NCBI GenBank assembly: GCA_051294375.1
Contig: CM119263.1
Span: forward strand, 28,041,790-28,105,789
Direction: 5' to 3'
From: Paraspadella gotoi
Taxonomy: Eukaryota > Animalia > Chaetognatha
Length of the DNA: 64,000 bases
Shown in pieces: positions 61,344-64,000 of this stretch (position 1 is its first letter; each line of letters starts with the position of its first letter). The translations under genes were made by a program, and so were the position numbers. Below the pieces are notes generated by a model. That model was not told where the DNA came from, made no database searches, and saw nothing but the letters and a program-made list of their open reading frames with translations.

Positions 61344-64000
61344 AACGCCTATTTACGTAGATCCTCCTATTTCATCGCCCCATATTTATTCTATAATTTG
61401 TTGTTTTTCTTTTCCCCTATTTTCTAAACTTTTTTTTCCCATCCTTTTTTCCCCTTCTTTTTTTTTCTTTATCAGTGTTGTCTTTTCCCTCCAGATGTCT
61501 TTTTGATTCGGCGTCGAATTAAAACCCCAAAGGAAAAGAGTCGGGGCGGGGTCGATCTTTTCTTCAAAGAAATTTTCCTTATTTTTTTTCATTCTTGGAA
61601 TAAAAAAAAAACAAAATCAAATAAAACAAAACCAAAAATAATAATAAAAAACAGATTCTCTTCCTCTTTTCGGAATTTCTTTTTTTCCTTTCCAGTTCAT
61701 TATATATATAAATTCATTTCGTGAAGAATTTAAAAGGTTTTTTTCTTCAAATTCTAAAAAACAACTTTCGAGATGAAGTCGTATTTTTTTTTCCCGCTGA
61801 CATCTCGAAGGAGGAGGAAAAAGTCTTAATTCTCTCTCGTCTTAAGCAGATAAAAATAAAGTCATGTTTAATCTCTTCTTGGATCACGAGAGAAAGAGAG
61901 AAAAAAAAATATCTGTGATTTCTCGCTTATTTTTTTTCCCTTTCACCCGGGCTTGCACTCGACACCTGCGCCCATCAAATAAGTTTTACAATCACGATTT
62001 GATCATCTCATCTCACCTTTCACGACGACAAGCACGGTTCAACCATCGCCTAACCAATCACGCACTTCTCGATTCACAAGCCAATCTTCACATTCTCGTC
62101 GACGCGGCGCCTCTTCGTCGCTAAATCCAAATCCATGTGAACTTCGTGAAAAATCACGATCTCCTTCGAATTATAAATACCACCACCCTGGATTGTTCCA
62201 CCCTGACCACCTCCCTCCTTCACCCCCTTTTCCTTTCAAATAACCGATCACAAACCCGCCCTTCCAAAGATCAACCGCCTTCAGACCACGCCTATTACCC
62301 ACGCCTAACACCAACGCCCGGTCTCCGCCCACAGAAAACAAACCGACTATTCTCCCACAATTCTCCACAATATCTCCCAAGGCCCCATTCTGAGCACCAC
62401 CGTCCTCCACCCCTTCTAATAAAATCCCCACCCTATTCTCCCCTCGCCTCGCCCCTTCCCTTCCCCAATTTTCAAATCCCCCGCCAGGGGGTCGATCGTC
62501 TTAAATTCATCTCATTTTCTTCATCGGCGAATCAAATGTCGGGATTCGAGATTCATGAAGAATCTTGAAAAAAGGATTATTTTCTTCTTTTTTTTTTCTT
62601 AATTTGTATGCTATACTGATTAGGCAAAAAAAATTCTGTATTTTAAAGTCTATTGAATGATTTTAGATATTTTAAAATTCTTAAATTTATTTTTTTATTA
62701 ATGAACGATGACGACCAAAGCGAGCTGTTTGGATTTTTATCGGCGGTTNNNNNNNNNNAGTCTATTCATCTTGACAAGTAGCACTTACCGCGATGGTCTG
62801 TTCTAGTTTTGTTTATGTCTAAACAACCGTCGAATTTTGACAATTTTCAGAACAACGAACTTTGGCGTTTAAGAGACGTATGTGGTTTTATTTATTCGGT
62901 TCAACATTTTCATTAGTTAGTATTGATTATTAATATTTCTGAATTCTTTTATATCTTTCTTTTGATTTTTCGTGAGTTGGTGATATCTCTTATCTAAGAC
63001 TATGAAAATGAACGATTCTCTTACTATTCCACCGAATAATAATAACTGAAAATAACTCGTTTGATTTTCGTATAAGTTTATCAAGCCTCTCTCTTCCTTG
63101 TACGAATTTTTAAAGAGAATTTTCATAACCTTGTCTTTTACTCAAAATTTCATTCTTATTTAATTCAGGTGGCTTTTGCTTTCCACTTGACTCACTCGAC
63201 TTTTACTCTTTACTCGACTCGTCTCGCTCGACCATTCACGATGACTCACTCGACTGTCACGTGACTTTCGATCGACTTTCGTTCCGACGATTTGTTTGCT
63301 CACTTTTTCGTCACTCGAATTTCGGCGACGATTATGCGTTNNNNNNNNNNNNNNNNNNNNNNNNNNNNNNNNNNNNNNNNNNNNNNNNNNNNNNNNNNNN
63401 NNNNNNNNNNNNNNNNNNNNNNNNNNNNNNNNNNNNNNNNNNNNNNNNNNNNNNNNNNNNNNNNNNNNNNNNNNNNNNNNNNNNNNNNNNNNNNNNNNNN
63501 NNNNNNNNNNNNNNNNNNNNNNNNNNNNNNNNNNNNNNNNNNNNNNNNNNNNNNNNNNNNNNNNNNNNNNNNNNNNAAATCTTTTGTTTACAGTTGATTG
63601 CGACGACATCTGTTTTTTCAGTTCGGGAGATTTTATGGTCGTTCGATGTCTTGAAAGAAATACTTAAACTATGACAAAACGTTAAAAAATGTATTATTAC
63701 AATATTCTCATACTCGATCTTTTTTTCTCGTCATCAAGTCATCAATATCGATATATATAACAATATCTGATGCCGAAAAGCCTAATTTTTCCAGCTCACG
63801 CTATCAAGCTCAATCTCTGTCTCTCGCGGATTTCAAACCCAATTCACTCGCTCACGCCACCAAGCCCAATCCTCGTCATTCTAAGGCCAATACGCGCACT
63901 TGTGCCCCCGCGTACAATCACCATTTCTTGTTCAGCCATCCCCGCGCCACCCAGCCAAACCCAATCTCTTTTCTCTCTTCCCACCAAGCCCAATGTCTCT

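Overview
Eukaryotic, AT-rich draft-assembly sequence, most likely from an invertebrate animal (species not identifiable from the sequence). It has short GT-AG introns, GC-rich exon patches, abundant (CT/AG)n and (GAC)n microsatellites and about 15 N-gaps. Most ORF-track entries are microsatellite or N artefacts. Two large segments occur twice with dense 1-2 nt indels: a direct copy (~430-8308 vs ~8340-17575) and an inverted copy (~39530-42825 vs 43085-~45870). Both look like noisy long-read gap fill or alternative haplotypes, and they expose presence/absence insertions. The only confidently identified gene is a + strand alpha-carbonic-anhydrase-like gene (5 exons, 17662-21360) with His119->Gln and GSLTTPPC->GSMPFPPC, so probably an acatalytic, membrane-anchored CA-related protein. 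Weaker candidates: an unknown multi-exon gene (~430-3550), a minus-strand basic/RE-rich gene with a 21-bp coding repeat and a possible zinc finger (~5150-7060), exons of a large low-complexity gene (32576-59813), and a gap-truncated SLC6-like first exon (42946-43059). The most unusual element is a 272-bp, highly self-complementary insertion (40139-40410). It is absent from the second copy of the locus and contains an internal 15-mer complementary to its own circularised end-to-end junction.
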